A stretch of DNA of 64,000 bases from Vicinamibacteria bacterium (GTDB lineage Bacteria; Acidobacteriota; Vicinamibacteria; Marinacidobacterales; Marinacidobacteraceae), in assembly GCA_964291235.2 (NCBI GenBank), contig OZ219816.1, forward strand, positions 960,001 through 1,024,000, given 5' to 3'. The first letter of the stretch is position 1; each line of letters opens with the position of its first letter. A program made the position numbers and the translations under genes. The notes under the pieces were generated by a model, which worked only from the letters and a program-made list of their open reading frames with translations, was not told the origin of the DNA and ran no database searches. This document shows positions 46,868 to 56,798 of the stretch, one piece after another.

Positions 46868-49228
46868 ATGGGCCGTTACGTAGGGACTTCGGTCAAGCGG
46901 GTGGAAGATCCGCGCTTCATACAGGGCAAGGGACGCTACGTCGCGAACCTGCAGATGCCGGGCATGGTCCACGTGGCCATCAAGCGCAGCCCCGAGGCTC
47001 ACGCCCGGATCACCGGGATGGACACCTCGGCGGCGAGCGCCATGGATGGCGTACTGGCTGTCTTCACCGGGCAGGACTTCAAGGACGGTGGCTGCGGTTC
47101 GCTCCCCTGCGGCTGGCTGGTGCCCGACACCAAGGTGCCCGATCGGCCGGTCGTGGTGACCGACCGCGTCTGCCATGTAGGGGATTCGGTGGCCGTCGTG
47201 GTTGCGGAGGATCCCTACGTCGCCGCCGATGCGGTCGAAGCGATCGAGGTGGACTACGAACCGCTCCCGACCGTGGTGGACGCCCGGGGCGCCACGGATG
47301 AGGGAGCGCCCCTCGTTCACGCGGAGATCGAGGACAACGTGTCCTACCACTGGGCGCTCGGAGATCAGGAGGCATGCGACAAGGCGTTTGCCGAAGCCGA
47401 CGAAGTGGTGGAGCTCGAACTGGTGAACCAGCGGCTCATCCCCACCGCGATGGAGCCGCGCGCCGCCGCGGCGCAGTGGGAGGCGGCTTCCGAAGAGATG
47501 ACCGTCTGGACGACCAGCCAGAATCCGCATCCGATCCGGCTGCTGCTCTCGGCGTTCACGCTCGGAATCCCCGAGAGCAAGTTGCGGGTGATCTCGCCGG
47601 ACGTCGGCGGCGGCTTCGGCAGCAAGATCTTCCACTACCCCGAGGAAGTCATCGTGCCGTGGGTGGCGCGCCAGGTCGGGCGCCCCGCCCGCTGGGTGGC
47701 GACGCGGACCGAGAGCCAGATGACCGATTCCCAGGGACGGGATCACGTCACCGTGGCCAAGCTCGCCGTGCAGGGCGACGGCACCTTCACCGGGCTCGAC
47801 GTGGAGACCTGGGCGAACCAGGGGGCCTACCTCTCCACCTTCGCCCCCCTCATTCCCACCGCGCTCTACATCACGCTGCTCTCCGGCAACTACAAGATGC
47901 CCGGAGTGTTCGGCAAGGTGCACGGCACGCTCACGAACACGGTGCCGGTGGACGCCTACCGGGGCGCTGGCCGCCCGGAGGCCGCCTACCTCGTCGAGCG
48001 CCTGGTGGACCTGGCGGCAGCCCGGCTCGGCCGGGACCCGCTGGAGCTCCGGCGCCAGAACGCGATACCCAAGGAGGACTTTCCCTACCAGACCCCGGTC
48101 GCGTTCCTGTATGACAGTGGGGACTACGACCGGCTGATGGCGACGGCTGCCGATCGGGCGGACTACGCCGGGATGCGCGAGGCGCAGGCCGAGGCGCGCG
48201 CCGACGGCAAGCTACGGGGCGTCGGGGTGGTCTGCTGCATCGAGGCCAGCGGTCCGGCGCCCTCGGCGGTAGCGGGCTCGCTGGGCTCTGCCGTGGGCTT
48301 TTGGGAGAGCGGAGAAATTCGGATCCATCCGACGGGGCAGGTGAGCGTCTTCACCGGCTCCCACACCCATGGCCAGGGGCATGAGACCACCTTCGCCCAA
48401 GTGGCCGCCGATGAACTGGGAGTGCCGATCGAAAGTGTGGAGGTCGTCCACGGCGACACCGGCCGCGTCAACTTCGGCATGGGCACCTACGGGAGCCGGA
48501 GCGCCTGCGTGGGCGGCTCGGCGCTCGTGCGGAGCGCCGAGAAAGTGCGGGCGAAGGTCCTCAAGATCGGCGCCCACCTGCTCGAGGCCGCGGAAGAAGA
48601 TGTCGTGTACGACCAGGAGTCCGGCCGGGTGCACGTGAAGGGCTCTCCTGACCGCGGAAAGGAATTCGGCGAACTCGCCTTCGCCGCCTACACCGCGCAC
48701 AGCCTTCCCGAGGGAATGGAACCGGGGCTCAACTTCGTGAGCTTCTACGATCCGGCCAACTTCACGTTCCCGGCGAGTTCGCACATCTGCGAGGTGGAGG
48801 TCTGCTCCGACACCTGGGAGGTGCGGATCCTCCGCTACGTGGCGGTGGACGATGTTGGCAAGGTGATCAACCCGATGATCGTGGAGGGCCAGATCCAGGG
48901 CGGAATCGTCCAGGGGGTCGGCCAGGCGCTGACCGAGATCGGCGCCTATTCCGACGACGGCCAACTGCTTTCCGGCACCCTCCTCGAGTACGCCGTCCCG
49001 CGGGCGGACCTGCTGCCCGGAATCGAGGTGGACCGGATCGAGACCCCGTCGCCCCACAACCCGCTCGGGGTCAAGGGCGCCGGCGAGATGGGCACCATCG
49101 CGGCCACGCCAGTCGTCGCGAACGCCGTGCTCGATGCGCTTGCTCCTTTGGGAGTTACCCACATTGAGCTTCCGCTCACTCCGGAGAGGATCTGGCGCGC
49201 CGTCCGGGCGGCCCGCAGCGCCGCCTGA
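46868..49228 (+). CDS. Form II CODH-like molybdenum hydroxylase large subunit
   Basis: AYRGAGR at about 47954-47974 (no Cu-binding Cys), GGGFGSK, HGQGHET, KGAGE, S-L-M order. Confidence 0.93.
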   Translation: MGRYVGTSVKRVEDPRFIQGKGRYVANLQMPGMVHVAIKRSPEAHARITGMDTSAASAMDGVLAVFTGQDFKDGGCGSLPCGWLVPDTKVPDRPVVVTDRVCHVGDSVAVVVAEDPYVAADAVEAIEVDYEPLPTVVDARGATDEGAPLVHAEIEDNVSYHWALGDQEACDKAFAEADEVVELELVNQRLIPTAMEPRAAAAQWEAASEEMTVWTTSQNPHPIRLLLSAFTLGIPESKLRVISPDVGGGFGSKIFHYPEEVIVPWVARQVGRPARWVATRTESQMTDSQGRDHVTVAKLAVQGDGTFTGLDVETWANQGAYLSTFAPLIPTALYITLLSGNYKMPGVFGKVHGTLTNTVPVDAYRGAGRPEAAYLVERLVDLAAARLGRDPLELRRQNAIPKEDFPYQTPVAFLYDSGDYDRLMATAADRADYAGMREAQAEARADGKLRGVGVVCCIEASGPAPSAVAGSLGSAVGFWESGEIRIHPTGQVSVFTGSHTHGQGHETTFAQVAADELGVPIESVEVVHGDTGRVNFGMGTYGSRSACVGGSALVRSAEKVRAKVLKIGAHLLEAAEEDVVYDQESGRVHVKGSPDRGKEFGELAFAAYTAHSLPEGMEPGLNFVSFYDPANFTFPASSHICEVEVCSDTWEVRILRYVAVDDVGKVINPMIVEGQIQGGIVQGVGQALTEIGAYSDDGQLLSGTLLEYAVPRADLLPGIEVDRIETPSPHNPLGVKGAGEMGTIAATPVVANAVLDALAPLGVTHIELPLTPERIWRAVRAARSAA

Positions 49229-49258
49229 TCAGTGACCAGCGAATAGGAGACTGCTTCG

Positions 49259-50116
49259 ATGTATCCGAACCAATTCGACTACCACCGCGCCGCTTCGGTC
49301 GCCGAGGCGGTGGAGCTACTTTCTTCGCTGGCCGACGCCAAGCTGGTCGCGGGTGGGCACAGCCTGATCCCAGCCATGAAACTGCGCGCGGCGCAGCCGG
49401 CGGCGCTGGTGGACATTGGCCGGATTCCGGGACTCGCCGACATCTCCGGAGACGGGGACAGCCTGGTGATCGGGGCGCTCGCCACCCACTCCTCGGTGGC
49501 CGGCTCGGCGGCGGTTCAGGGAGGATGCCCGATGCTCGCGGAGGCGGCCGCGGCGATCGGGGACATCCAGGTCCGGAACCGGGGAACGATCGGAGGCAGC
49601 CTGGCGCACGCGGATCCGGGCGCCGACTACCCGGCTGCGATGCTGGCGCTCGGCGCCGAAATCACCGCGGTGGGCGCCGGAGGTGAGCGAACCATCGCCG
49701 CGTCGGACTTCTTTGTGGACATTCTGACCACTGCGTTGGCCGAGAATGAGGTCATCACTTCGGTGCGGGTTCCGTGTGCTGCCGGGAGCGCTTATCTGAA
49801 GCATCGGCATCCGGCCTCCAGCTACGCGGTCGTCGGGGTTGCCGCCTCGGTGGTCCTGGACGGCGGCAATGTCGCGAGCTGTGCAATCGGCATCAACGGG
49901 GTGGCCGGGAAGGCGGTGCTCGCCGAAGCGGCGGCCGCGGCGCTTTGCGGCGGCCCGGCGAACGCCGCGCGCATCGCGGAAGCGGCGGGTCTCGTAGGGG
50001 GAGCCTGCGGCGACGCGCTCGGTGACCTCTATGCCTCCGGCGAATTCCGGACCCATCTCGCCGGGGTGTACACGGGGCGGGCGCTGGCCGCCGCCGCCGA
50101 ACGCGCGGCAGGCTGA
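49259..50116 (+). CDS. Molybdenum hydroxylase FAD subunit (CoxM-like)
   Basis: [30 protein letters not shown]. Confidence 0.93.
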   Translation: MYPNQFDYHRAASVAEAVELLSSLADAKLVAGGHSLIPAMKLRAAQPAALVDIGRIPGLADISGDGDSLVIGALATHSSVAGSAAVQGGCPMLAEAAAAIGDIQVRNRGTIGGSLAHADPGADYPAAMLALGAEITAVGAGGERTIAASDFFVDILTTALAENEVITSVRVPCAAGSAYLKHRHPASSYAVVGVAASVVLDGGNVASCAIGINGVAGKAVLAEAAAAALCGGPANAARIAEAAGLVGGACGDALGDLYASGEFRTHLAGVYTGRALAAAAERAAG

Positions 50117-50118
50117 AC

Positions 50119-51042
50119 TTGGCGACGCCGGCCTCGGTGACCGGTCCGGCGCCTGTCTCCTCGGTCTCCGAACTCACCGGGGCACTGGCCGGGCAGGGGT
50201 ACATCGCCGCTAGCGGGCTCGCCACCGCGCTGTTCCTGGCCCTCCGCCTGGAGCGGCCGCTGTTCCTCGAGGGCGAAGCCGGCGTCGGCAAGACCGAACT
50301 TGCCAAGGTCACGGCAGCCGTCCTCGGAGTCCCGTTGATCCGGCTGCAGTGCTACGAGGGGCTGGACATCGCGCAGGCCGCCTACGAGTGGAACTACACC
50401 CGGCAGATGCTCGCGATCCGCCTCGCCGAGAGTGGTGGCGCCGCGATGGACCAGCAGGACCTGTTCGGGCCCGACTTCCTGCTGCGCCGGCCCCTGCTGC
50501 GCGCCATCGAGACCTCGTCGCCGGCACATCGCCCGGTCCTGCTCATTGACGAGGTGGACCGCAGCGACGAAGAGTTCGAGGCGTACCTCCTTGAAGTCCT
50601 GTCGGACTTTCAGATCACGATTCCGGAGGTCGGCACCATCGAGGCCGCCGCGCCGCCGGTGGTGGTCCTCACCTCGAACCGCACCCGCGAGGTCCACGAC
50701 GCCCTGAAGCGCCGCTGCCTTTACCACTGGATCCCGTATCCGACCTACGAGCGGGAACTCGACATCGTGCGGGAGCGGGTGCCGCAGGCGGCGGCGCAGC
50801 TGGCCGCCGAAGCGACCCGGTTCGCGCAGGAGCTGCGCGAGTTGGACCTCTTCAAGCGCCCCGGGGTCTCCGAAACCCTCGACTGGACCATGGCGCTGGC
50901 CGCGCTGGGACAGACGGCGCTCGACGAGGCCGCCGTGGATCGGACGCTGGGAGCGCTGCTCAAGTACCGCGACGATCTGGAAATGGTGCGCGGCGAACGG
51001 GCGGGCGCCATCCTCACTCGGCTGGCCACCGGGGTCTTGTGA
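50119..51042 (+). CDS. coxD: MoxR-type AAA+ ATPase CoxD
   Basis: LEGEAGVGKT, RLQCYEGLD, YEWNY.RQ, LLIDEVD, LTSNRTRE.HDALKRRC. Confidence 0.9.
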   Translation: MATPASVTGPAPVSSVSELTGALAGQGYIAASGLATALFLALRLERPLFLEGEAGVGKTELAKVTAAVLGVPLIRLQCYEGLDIAQAAYEWNYTRQMLAIRLAESGGAAMDQQDLFGPDFLLRRPLLRAIETSSPAHRPVLLIDEVDRSDEEFEAYLLEVLSDFQITIPEVGTIEAAAPPVVVLTSNRTREVHDALKRRCLYHWIPYPTYERELDIVRERVPQAAAQLAAEATRFAQELRELDLFKRPGVSETLDWTMALAALGQTALDEAAVDRTLGALLKYRDDLEMVRGERAGAILTRLATGVL

Positions 51043-52295
51043 CCCCCGCGGCTCCGGCCGGGGAACCGGGCCCCTCACCGGCGCTCCCGCCGCTGCTGCA
51101 AAACCTCACCCTCTTCGGGCGACTCCTGCGGGGGATCGGGCTTCCGGTCTCGACGGCGCGCATGCTGGACCTGGCGCAGGCGCTTTCCCTGATCGAGGTC
51201 TTCCGGCGCGAGGAATTCCACGCCGCCGCCCGGGCGCTGCTCATCCATCGGCGCGAGGATCTGGAACTCTTCGATGCCGCGTTCGCACTGTTTTGGGAGA
51301 CGCCTCCCGAGCGGTGGACGCGGGCGCGGCTTCCCGGAATGACGCTCCGGAAACAGCGCTCCCCCGTCACCCGGGCCACCTTTCGGCCGGCGGCGGCCAC
51401 GGGCGACGGTGATTCGGGTGAACAACCTCCCCACCCCTTCGCTCGCCGGACCTGGAGCGACCGCGAGTCCCTCGAGCACCGCGATTTTTCGGATCTCGAT
51501 GAGGAAGAGCTGCGGGAGGTCCGGGCGCTCATCCGGGACGCCGGCTGGCAGGCGGCCCGCCGCCGGGTCGTGCGTTTCCGGCCAGGCGGCAACCGGAACC
51601 TGGACCTTCGCCGTACGCTGCGGCACGGACTCCGGTCCGGCGGGGAATGGGTGCGGCTCGAGCGTCGGCGGCGCCGGGAGAAGCCGCGCCCGCTCATCGT
51701 GCTGGCCGACGTCAGTGGCTCCATGGAGCAGACCGCGCGCGTCCTCCTCCATTTCCTCTACGGGCTCTCCCACGGTTCGTCCGGGCGGGTGGAGGCGTTC
51801 GTCTTCGCCACCCGGCTCACTCGGATTACCCGCAAACTGTCGGACCGGCGGGTGGACCGCGCGCTCCGGGAGGCCTCGGAGGCGGTGCGCGACTGGTCCG
51901 GGGGAACCCGGATCGGGGAAGCGCTCCACCGCTTCAATCTGGAGTGGGCGCGGCGGCTTCCCACCTCCTCCGCGGTTGTGCTGCTGGTGAGCGACGGCTG
52001 GGACCGGGGTGACCCTGCGCTGGTGGCGTCGGAGATGGAGCGACTGCAGGGACTCGCCTGGCGGATTGTCTGGCTGAACCCCCTGCTTTCCGATGAGGGC
52101 TACGAGCCGCTCACGCGCGGTATGGCGGCGGCGCTGCCGCACATTCATGACTTCCTTCCGGTGAACAACCTGGCAAGCGTTCGCTCGCTGGCCGACCATC
52201 TGGCCGGGCTGGATCCCGTGGGGCGCGCGACGGCCCCGCGTCTTCGGTCCTTGCGCCGTTCGCTGGCCGCGACCCCGGCCCGGGCCGCACCCTAA
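51039..52295 (+). CDS. coxE: VWA-domain protein CoxE
   Basis: DVSGSM, FVFATRLTRIT, WSGGTRIG, SDGWD, WLNPL. Confidence 0.9.
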   Translation: MTPAAPAGEPGPSPALPPLLQNLTLFGRLLRGIGLPVSTARMLDLAQALSLIEVFRREEFHAAARALLIHRREDLELFDAAFALFWETPPERWTRARLPGMTLRKQRSPVTRATFRPAAATGDGDSGEQPPHPFARRTWSDRESLEHRDFSDLDEEELREVRALIRDAGWQAARRRVVRFRPGGNRNLDLRRTLRHGLRSGGEWVRLERRRRREKPRPLIVLADVSGSMEQTARVLLHFLYGLSHGSSGRVEAFVFATRLTRITRKLSDRRVDRALREASEAVRDWSGGTRIGEALHRFNLEWARRLPTSSAVVLLVSDGWDRGDPALVASEMERLQGLAWRIVWLNPLLSDEGYEPLTRGMAAALPHIHDFLPVNNLASVRSLADHLAGLDPVGRATAPRLRSLRRSLAATPARAAP

Positions 52296-52474
52296 CAGCC
52301 TGTGGTAAAACCCACGCGGCGTTTGACCGGCGATCCATCCCGCCTGAACCACTCCGCTTCGCTTCGTTCTGCGTTGCGTTTCGGTCGAAATACACCCGGT
52401 ATTCCTCCCTCACGCGCCTTGTCAGCCGGGCGCCTCACCGGTCTCGGCGCTCACGCGAGTTTCACCACAGGCTG
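52296..52474. mobile_element. MITE copy 2
   Basis: Ends CAGCCTGTGGTAAAAC ... GTTTCACCACAGGCTG, flanked by CTAA (includes the coxE stop) and TTAA. The 64-nt core matches copy 1 at 63 positions. Confidence 0.8.
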
Positions 52475-52492
52475 TTAATCCCGGCAGGCCCC

Positions 52493-53506
52493 ATGCGCGA
52501 CATCGCTCCGGTTCTGGATTCCTGGCTCCGCGGAGAAGGTCCGCTCGCGCTCTCCACGGTCGTTCATACCTGGGGATCCGGGCCGCGCCGGCCGGGCGCC
52601 CGGATGACCATCGACAGCGCCGGTCGCATCGCCGGGTCCGTCAGCGGGGGCTGCGTGGAGTCGAGCGTGGTCCAGGCTGCCCGGGAAGTCATCGAAGGCG
52701 GCGAGCCGCGCCTCCTTCGCTTCGCGGTTTCGGATGAATTGGCTTGGGGTGTCGGTCTCGCCTGCGGCGGCTCGCTGTCGGTGTTCGTCGAGCGGGCGGA
52801 CCGGGAACGACTCCAGCGGGTACGCGAAGGGATGCGCCGCCGGCTTCCGGTCGCGCTGGCCGTGGTGACTTCGGGGCCCGGGCTCGGCGAAAGTCTCGTG
52901 ATGGTTCAGGATGCGGACGGTGTCGGTTCGCCCCAACTCCTCGAGGCGGCCGAGGCGGCCCTCGCCTCGGGACGCCCGCTGGCGACCGAGACCGCACTCG
53001 GTGCGGTGTTTTGCGATGTGATCCGGCCGCCGGAATCCCTGGTCATTGTCGGCGGCGTTCATATCGCCCAGGCGCTGTGTGATCTTGCCGCCCGGATCGG
53101 CTACCGCCCGGTGATCTGCGATCCGCGCCCGGTGTTCGCCTCTCCCGAGCGCTTTCCGGGAGTGGAACTGGTGAACGAGTGGCCCGGGGAAGGTTTCCGC
53201 CGGATCGGGCTCGACGCCGGCACCGCCGTCGCGACCCTGACCCACGACCCGAAGCTGGACGACCCGGCGCTCGCGCTGGCTCTTGAGAGCCCGGCCTTCT
53301 ATGTCGGGGCGCTCGGCAGCCGAAAGACGCACGAACGACGTCTCCACCGTCTTCGGGAACGCGGTGTTTCCGAAGCCGCGCTCGCGCGCATCGCGGCCCC
53401 CATCGGGCTGCCGATCGGCGCCCGCACGCCGGACCAGATCGCGCTCTCGGTCATGGCCGAGGTGGTGGCGGCGCGGAACGGCGCCCGCGGCAATCCGGCG
53501 GGATGA
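52493..53506 (+). CDS. XdhC/CoxF/CoxI family maturation protein
   Basis: TWGSGPRRPG, GSVSGGCVE, GLACGG, THDPKLDD, YVGALGS, PIGLPIGARTP. Confidence 0.92.
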   Translation: MRDIAPVLDSWLRGEGPLALSTVVHTWGSGPRRPGARMTIDSAGRIAGSVSGGCVESSVVQAAREVIEGGEPRLLRFAVSDELAWGVGLACGGSLSVFVERADRERLQRVREGMRRRLPVALAVVTSGPGLGESLVMVQDADGVGSPQLLEAAEAALASGRPLATETALGAVFCDVIRPPESLVIVGGVHIAQALCDLAARIGYRPVICDPRPVFASPERFPGVELVNEWPGEGFRRIGLDAGTAVATLTHDPKLDDPALALALESPAFYVGALGSRKTHERRLHRLRERGVSEAALARIAAPIGLPIGARTPDQIALSVMAEVVAARNGARGNPAG

Positions 53507-54231
53507 TCCCGGTCCTGGAACTCTCCGAGGTCGTCAGGCGCTACCCCCAGGCGGACGGGTCGGAACTGACGATCCTCGATACCGTCAGCCTCGCGATCGA
53601 CGAGGGGGAAACGGTGTCGGTGGCCGGCCGGTCGGGCAGCGGGAAGAGCACCTTGCTGCACATCGCGGCGGGCATCGAGACCCCGAGCGAAGGGACGGTG
53701 CGGCTCGGGGGACAGGACCTGTCCGGCCTGCGGGATCCGGAACGCAGCCGCCTGCGGGGCCGTTTCGTGGGCCTGGTCTTCCAGTTCTTCCATCTGGTGC
53801 CCTACCTCAGCGTCCTGGAGAATGTTCTGCTGCCGGCGCGCATCGCGGGCGTTCGGCAGGCGCCGGACGAGGAAGGGGTCGCTCGGAACGTGGACACCAT
53901 TGCCCGCCGGTTGTTGATGTCCGTCGGCCTCGAGAGCCGTGCTCGGGAGCCGGCGCGGCGCCTCTCCGGCGGGGAGATGCAGCGGACGGCCATCGCTCGC
54001 GCGCTGCTGCTGGGGCCGCCGCTACTGCTGGCCGATGAGCCGACCGGCAACCTCGACGCCCGGAGCGCGCAAACGGTCGCGGATCTTCTGTTCCGTCTGG
54101 CCCGCGAGCGTGGCGCGGGGCTTTTGCTCGCGACTCACGATCTCGAGCTTGCCGCCCGGGCCGACACGCGGCTGCGGCTCCGTGGAGGAAGGCTCTTCGC
54201 GGATCCGGCGCCCGCGCCGGCCACCGCGTGA
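53503..54231 (+). CDS. ABC ATP-binding protein (LolD/AttE-like)
   Basis: [33 protein letters not shown] overlap with the upstream gene. Confidence 0.93.
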   Translation: MIPVLELSEVVRRYPQADGSELTILDTVSLAIDEGETVSVAGRSGSGKSTLLHIAAGIETPSEGTVRLGGQDLSGLRDPERSRLRGRFVGLVFQFFHLVPYLSVLENVLLPARIAGVRQAPDEEGVARNVDTIARRLLMSVGLESRAREPARRLSGGEMQRTAIARALLLGPPLLLADEPTGNLDARSAQTVADLLFRLARERGAGLLLATHDLELAARADTRLRLRGGRLFADPAPAPATA

Positions 54232-56798
54232 TCCGGCTGCTCCTTCGCGCCGCGCCGGCGCGCTTCCGCGCGGCCCCCGCGCTCGGCGCCCTCCCGGTCG
54301 TGGCCATCGCGCTGGGCGCCGGAGCGGTGCTGTCGGTACAGCTTCTCAACCAGGCGGCGCTCGAGACCCTCGACGCCGGTCTCGAGGTCATTTCCGGTGG
54401 CGCCGATCTCATCGTGACCGGGCTCGTGGAGGAAGCCGGAAGCGTTCCGGACGAGGCCTGGCCGGCCATCCTTGCTACCCCGGGCGTCCGGCGCGCCACG
54501 CCCGTGCTCCGGCTAGCTGGAATTCGGGTGGGAACCCTCGACCGGGAGACATCGGTCCCCGGATGGGGAGTGGACATCATTTCCGGATTCTTCGATTTCG
54601 CGGGCTCGGAGGAGCAGGAGGCGACTCTTGCCCCCGAGGTCTTCTTCTCCGGGGGCATCGTCCTTCCGGAGCGGATTGCGAATCGGCTCGGGGTCGGCAC
54701 GCTCGATCCGGTTTGGATCTCTCCTGACGGCGCGGGCGCCGAGGGCCGGCGTCCCACGTTGGTGGCGGGGACGTATCCGGGTGAGGACGGACGTGCGTCC
54801 GCCTTCCTGGACCTTGCGTACGCCCAGGCGCTCCGCGGACGGCCTGGCTTCGACCGAATCGAGGTGTCGGTGGCGGAGGGGTTCGAGGTCGAGACGATCC
54901 GGAGCGCGCTGTCCATCCGGATTTCCGGGACCAGGATCGAGGAGAGCGGAACCCTGCGGGCCGAAGGGGCGGAACTCTTCTCGGCGTTCCGGCTGAATCT
55001 CCTCGCACTTTCCGCGGTGAGCCTGCTGGTGGCCGCGTTCCTGGTGTACGCGAGCGTCCGAGCCGCGCTCGCCGCGCGCCGTCAGGAGATCGGCCTCTAC
55101 CGGGCACTCGGGGCATCGGGCCGGCGGGTGGGAGTGCTGCTCCTTGGCGAGGTGTTTCTGATGGCGCTCGTCGGCGCCGCACTCGGCATTCCGGTGGGCG
55201 CCCTGGCTGCCGGCGCCTCGCTGGATCGCGTCAGCGCGACGATCTCGAACCTCTATCTGCTGGAACGGATCGAGGGCCTGACGATCGATCCGCAGGTCGT
55301 GCTGTTGGCGGGGCTCGTCGCGGTGGCGGCAGCGCTTGGCGGTGCGGCGCCGCAGGTATTCGCGGAGGCGTCCCGCGCGCCGGTGACCCTGCTCGCCCCG
55401 GGACGTGCTTCGCTGTCTTTGGCGCGCCGCCGCTTCTGGCGCCTCGGGCCGCCGCTCGCCGGGACGGCGCTGATCGGAGTTGCCGCGTGGGCGGCTCTCG
55501 ATCCCGGGAGTTGGCCGGCACGGCTGGGCGGCGGTTTCGGCGCGGCCGGCGCGCTGCTCATTGGGGCCGCGCTCCTTCCGGACGCGGTCATCCGACTGGC
55601 GTCGGGTTTTCGGGCGGGACAAAACTCCGCGGTCGGGCGGGGGATCCTCGCCGCGCTCCGGGAGCCCGGCTCCACGGGGCCACCGGCGGCGGCGCTGGTG
55701 GTGGCGGTGACCATGCTGGTCGGGGTGAGCTCCCTGATCGGGAGTTTCCGGGCAACGCTCGACGGCTGGCTGGGCGAAACGCTGGCCGCCGACATCTACG
55801 TGTCGCGGGCAGGGGGAGCGGGCGGGGCGCGCTCGATCGCGTCTGAGCGACGGGCCCTCTCCGCCGAGGCGCTGGCGGCTACCGCCGCGGATCCGGACGT
55901 TCGGGACCGCGATCTGCTGCGGGCCCTCCGGATTCGACTCGAAGGGCGGCCGGTTGCCGTGTTGGGGGTGGATGCCGCCCTTCCCGTGGCCGGAGACCGC
56001 TTCTCCATTCTCGGAGGTCGGGAGGCGGCGCTTACGGGATTCGGAGTGGGCGAGGTGCTGGTGTCCGAGCCGCTGGCGCGGCGGCTGGGCATCGAGGCCG
56101 GAGCCGCGCTGTCTCTCCCTGGCGCGACGACCGAGCGCCCCCTACGGGTCGCCGGCGTCTATCGCGACTACGGAAACGAGCAGGGGGCGCTGTTCCTGGA
56201 CCGGAAACTCATGAATTCCCTCTACCCGCCGGAGCCCGGGGCGGCGGCGCCGGTCCACGGCGCCGCGCTGTACCTCCGCGAGGGGGCCGATCGAGCGGCG
56301 GCGGTCGCCCGGCTGGAACGGACGCTGGGACTGAGTGCGAATGTCGTTGACAACGCCACGCTCCGGGCGCGGGCGCTCGGAGTGTTCGACCAGACGATGG
56401 CGGTGACCGGACTCCTGCGCGTCTTCGCTCTGGTGATCGCGGCGCTTGGGGTGGGACTCTTCCTTTGGACCCTGGTGCGCGAGCGCGCCCCGGAAGTGGC
56501 GCTCCAGCGGGCGCTCGGGGCGAGTCGCGGACAGATCGCCTACGGCTTTTTGGGCCGGACGCTCGTGATCGTCGGAGTTTCGCTCCTGATCGGCGGCGGC
56601 GCGGGCGCCGTCCTCACCCTGTTGCTGGTGCAGGTCGTCAACCCGCTGTGGTTCGGCTGGACCCTGGCGCTCCATTGGCCGCTGGCAGGCCTGGCGGCGC
56701 AGGCGGCCGCGGTCGTGCTGGCGGGTCTTCTGGCCGCCGTTCTGCCTGCGCGGCTGGCCTCCCGTATGGATGCGACCGCCCTCCGCCAGGAAATCTGA
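54228..56798 (+). CDS. Duplicated FtsX/MacB-type permease (AttF/G-like)
   Basis: Two repeats of TM, large periplasmic domain, 3 TM, with R..EIG..RALGAS and R..EVAL.RALGAS. Confidence 0.88.
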   Translation: MIRLLLRAAPARFRAAPALGALPVVAIALGAGAVLSVQLLNQAALETLDAGLEVISGGADLIVTGLVEEAGSVPDEAWPAILATPGVRRATPVLRLAGIRVGTLDRETSVPGWGVDIISGFFDFAGSEEQEATLAPEVFFSGGIVLPERIANRLGVGTLDPVWISPDGAGAEGRRPTLVAGTYPGEDGRASAFLDLAYAQALRGRPGFDRIEVSVAEGFEVETIRSALSIRISGTRIEESGTLRAEGAELFSAFRLNLLALSAVSLLVAAFLVYASVRAALAARRQEIGLYRALGASGRRVGVLLLGEVFLMALVGAALGIPVGALAAGASLDRVSATISNLYLLERIEGLTIDPQVVLLAGLVAVAAALGGAAPQVFAEASRAPVTLLAPGRASLSLARRRFWRLGPPLAGTALIGVAAWAALDPGSWPARLGGGFGAAGALLIGAALLPDAVIRLASGFRAGQNSAVGRGILAALREPGSTGPPAAALVVAVTMLVGVSSLIGSFRATLDGWLGETLAADIYVSRAGGAGGARSIASERRALSAEALAATAADPDVRDRDLLRALRIRLEGRPVAVLGVDAALPVAGDRFSILGGREAALTGFGVGEVLVSEPLARRLGIEAGAALSLPGATTERPLRVAGVYRDYGNEQGALFLDRKLMNSLYPPEPGAAAPVHGAALYLREGADRAAAVARLERTLGLSANVVDNATLRARALGVFDQTMAVTGLLRVFALVIAALGVGLFLWTLVRERAPEVALQRALGASRGQIAYGFLGRTLVIVGVSLLIGGGAGAVLTLLLVQVVNPLWFGWTLALHWPLAGLAAQAAAVVLAGLLAAVLPARLASRMDATALRQEI

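Noticed and set aside
46868-49228. Second true CO dehydrogenase
   Set aside because: The AYRGAGR motif and S-L-M order define form II, which lacks the Cu-ligating Cys. CO oxidation cannot be assumed.
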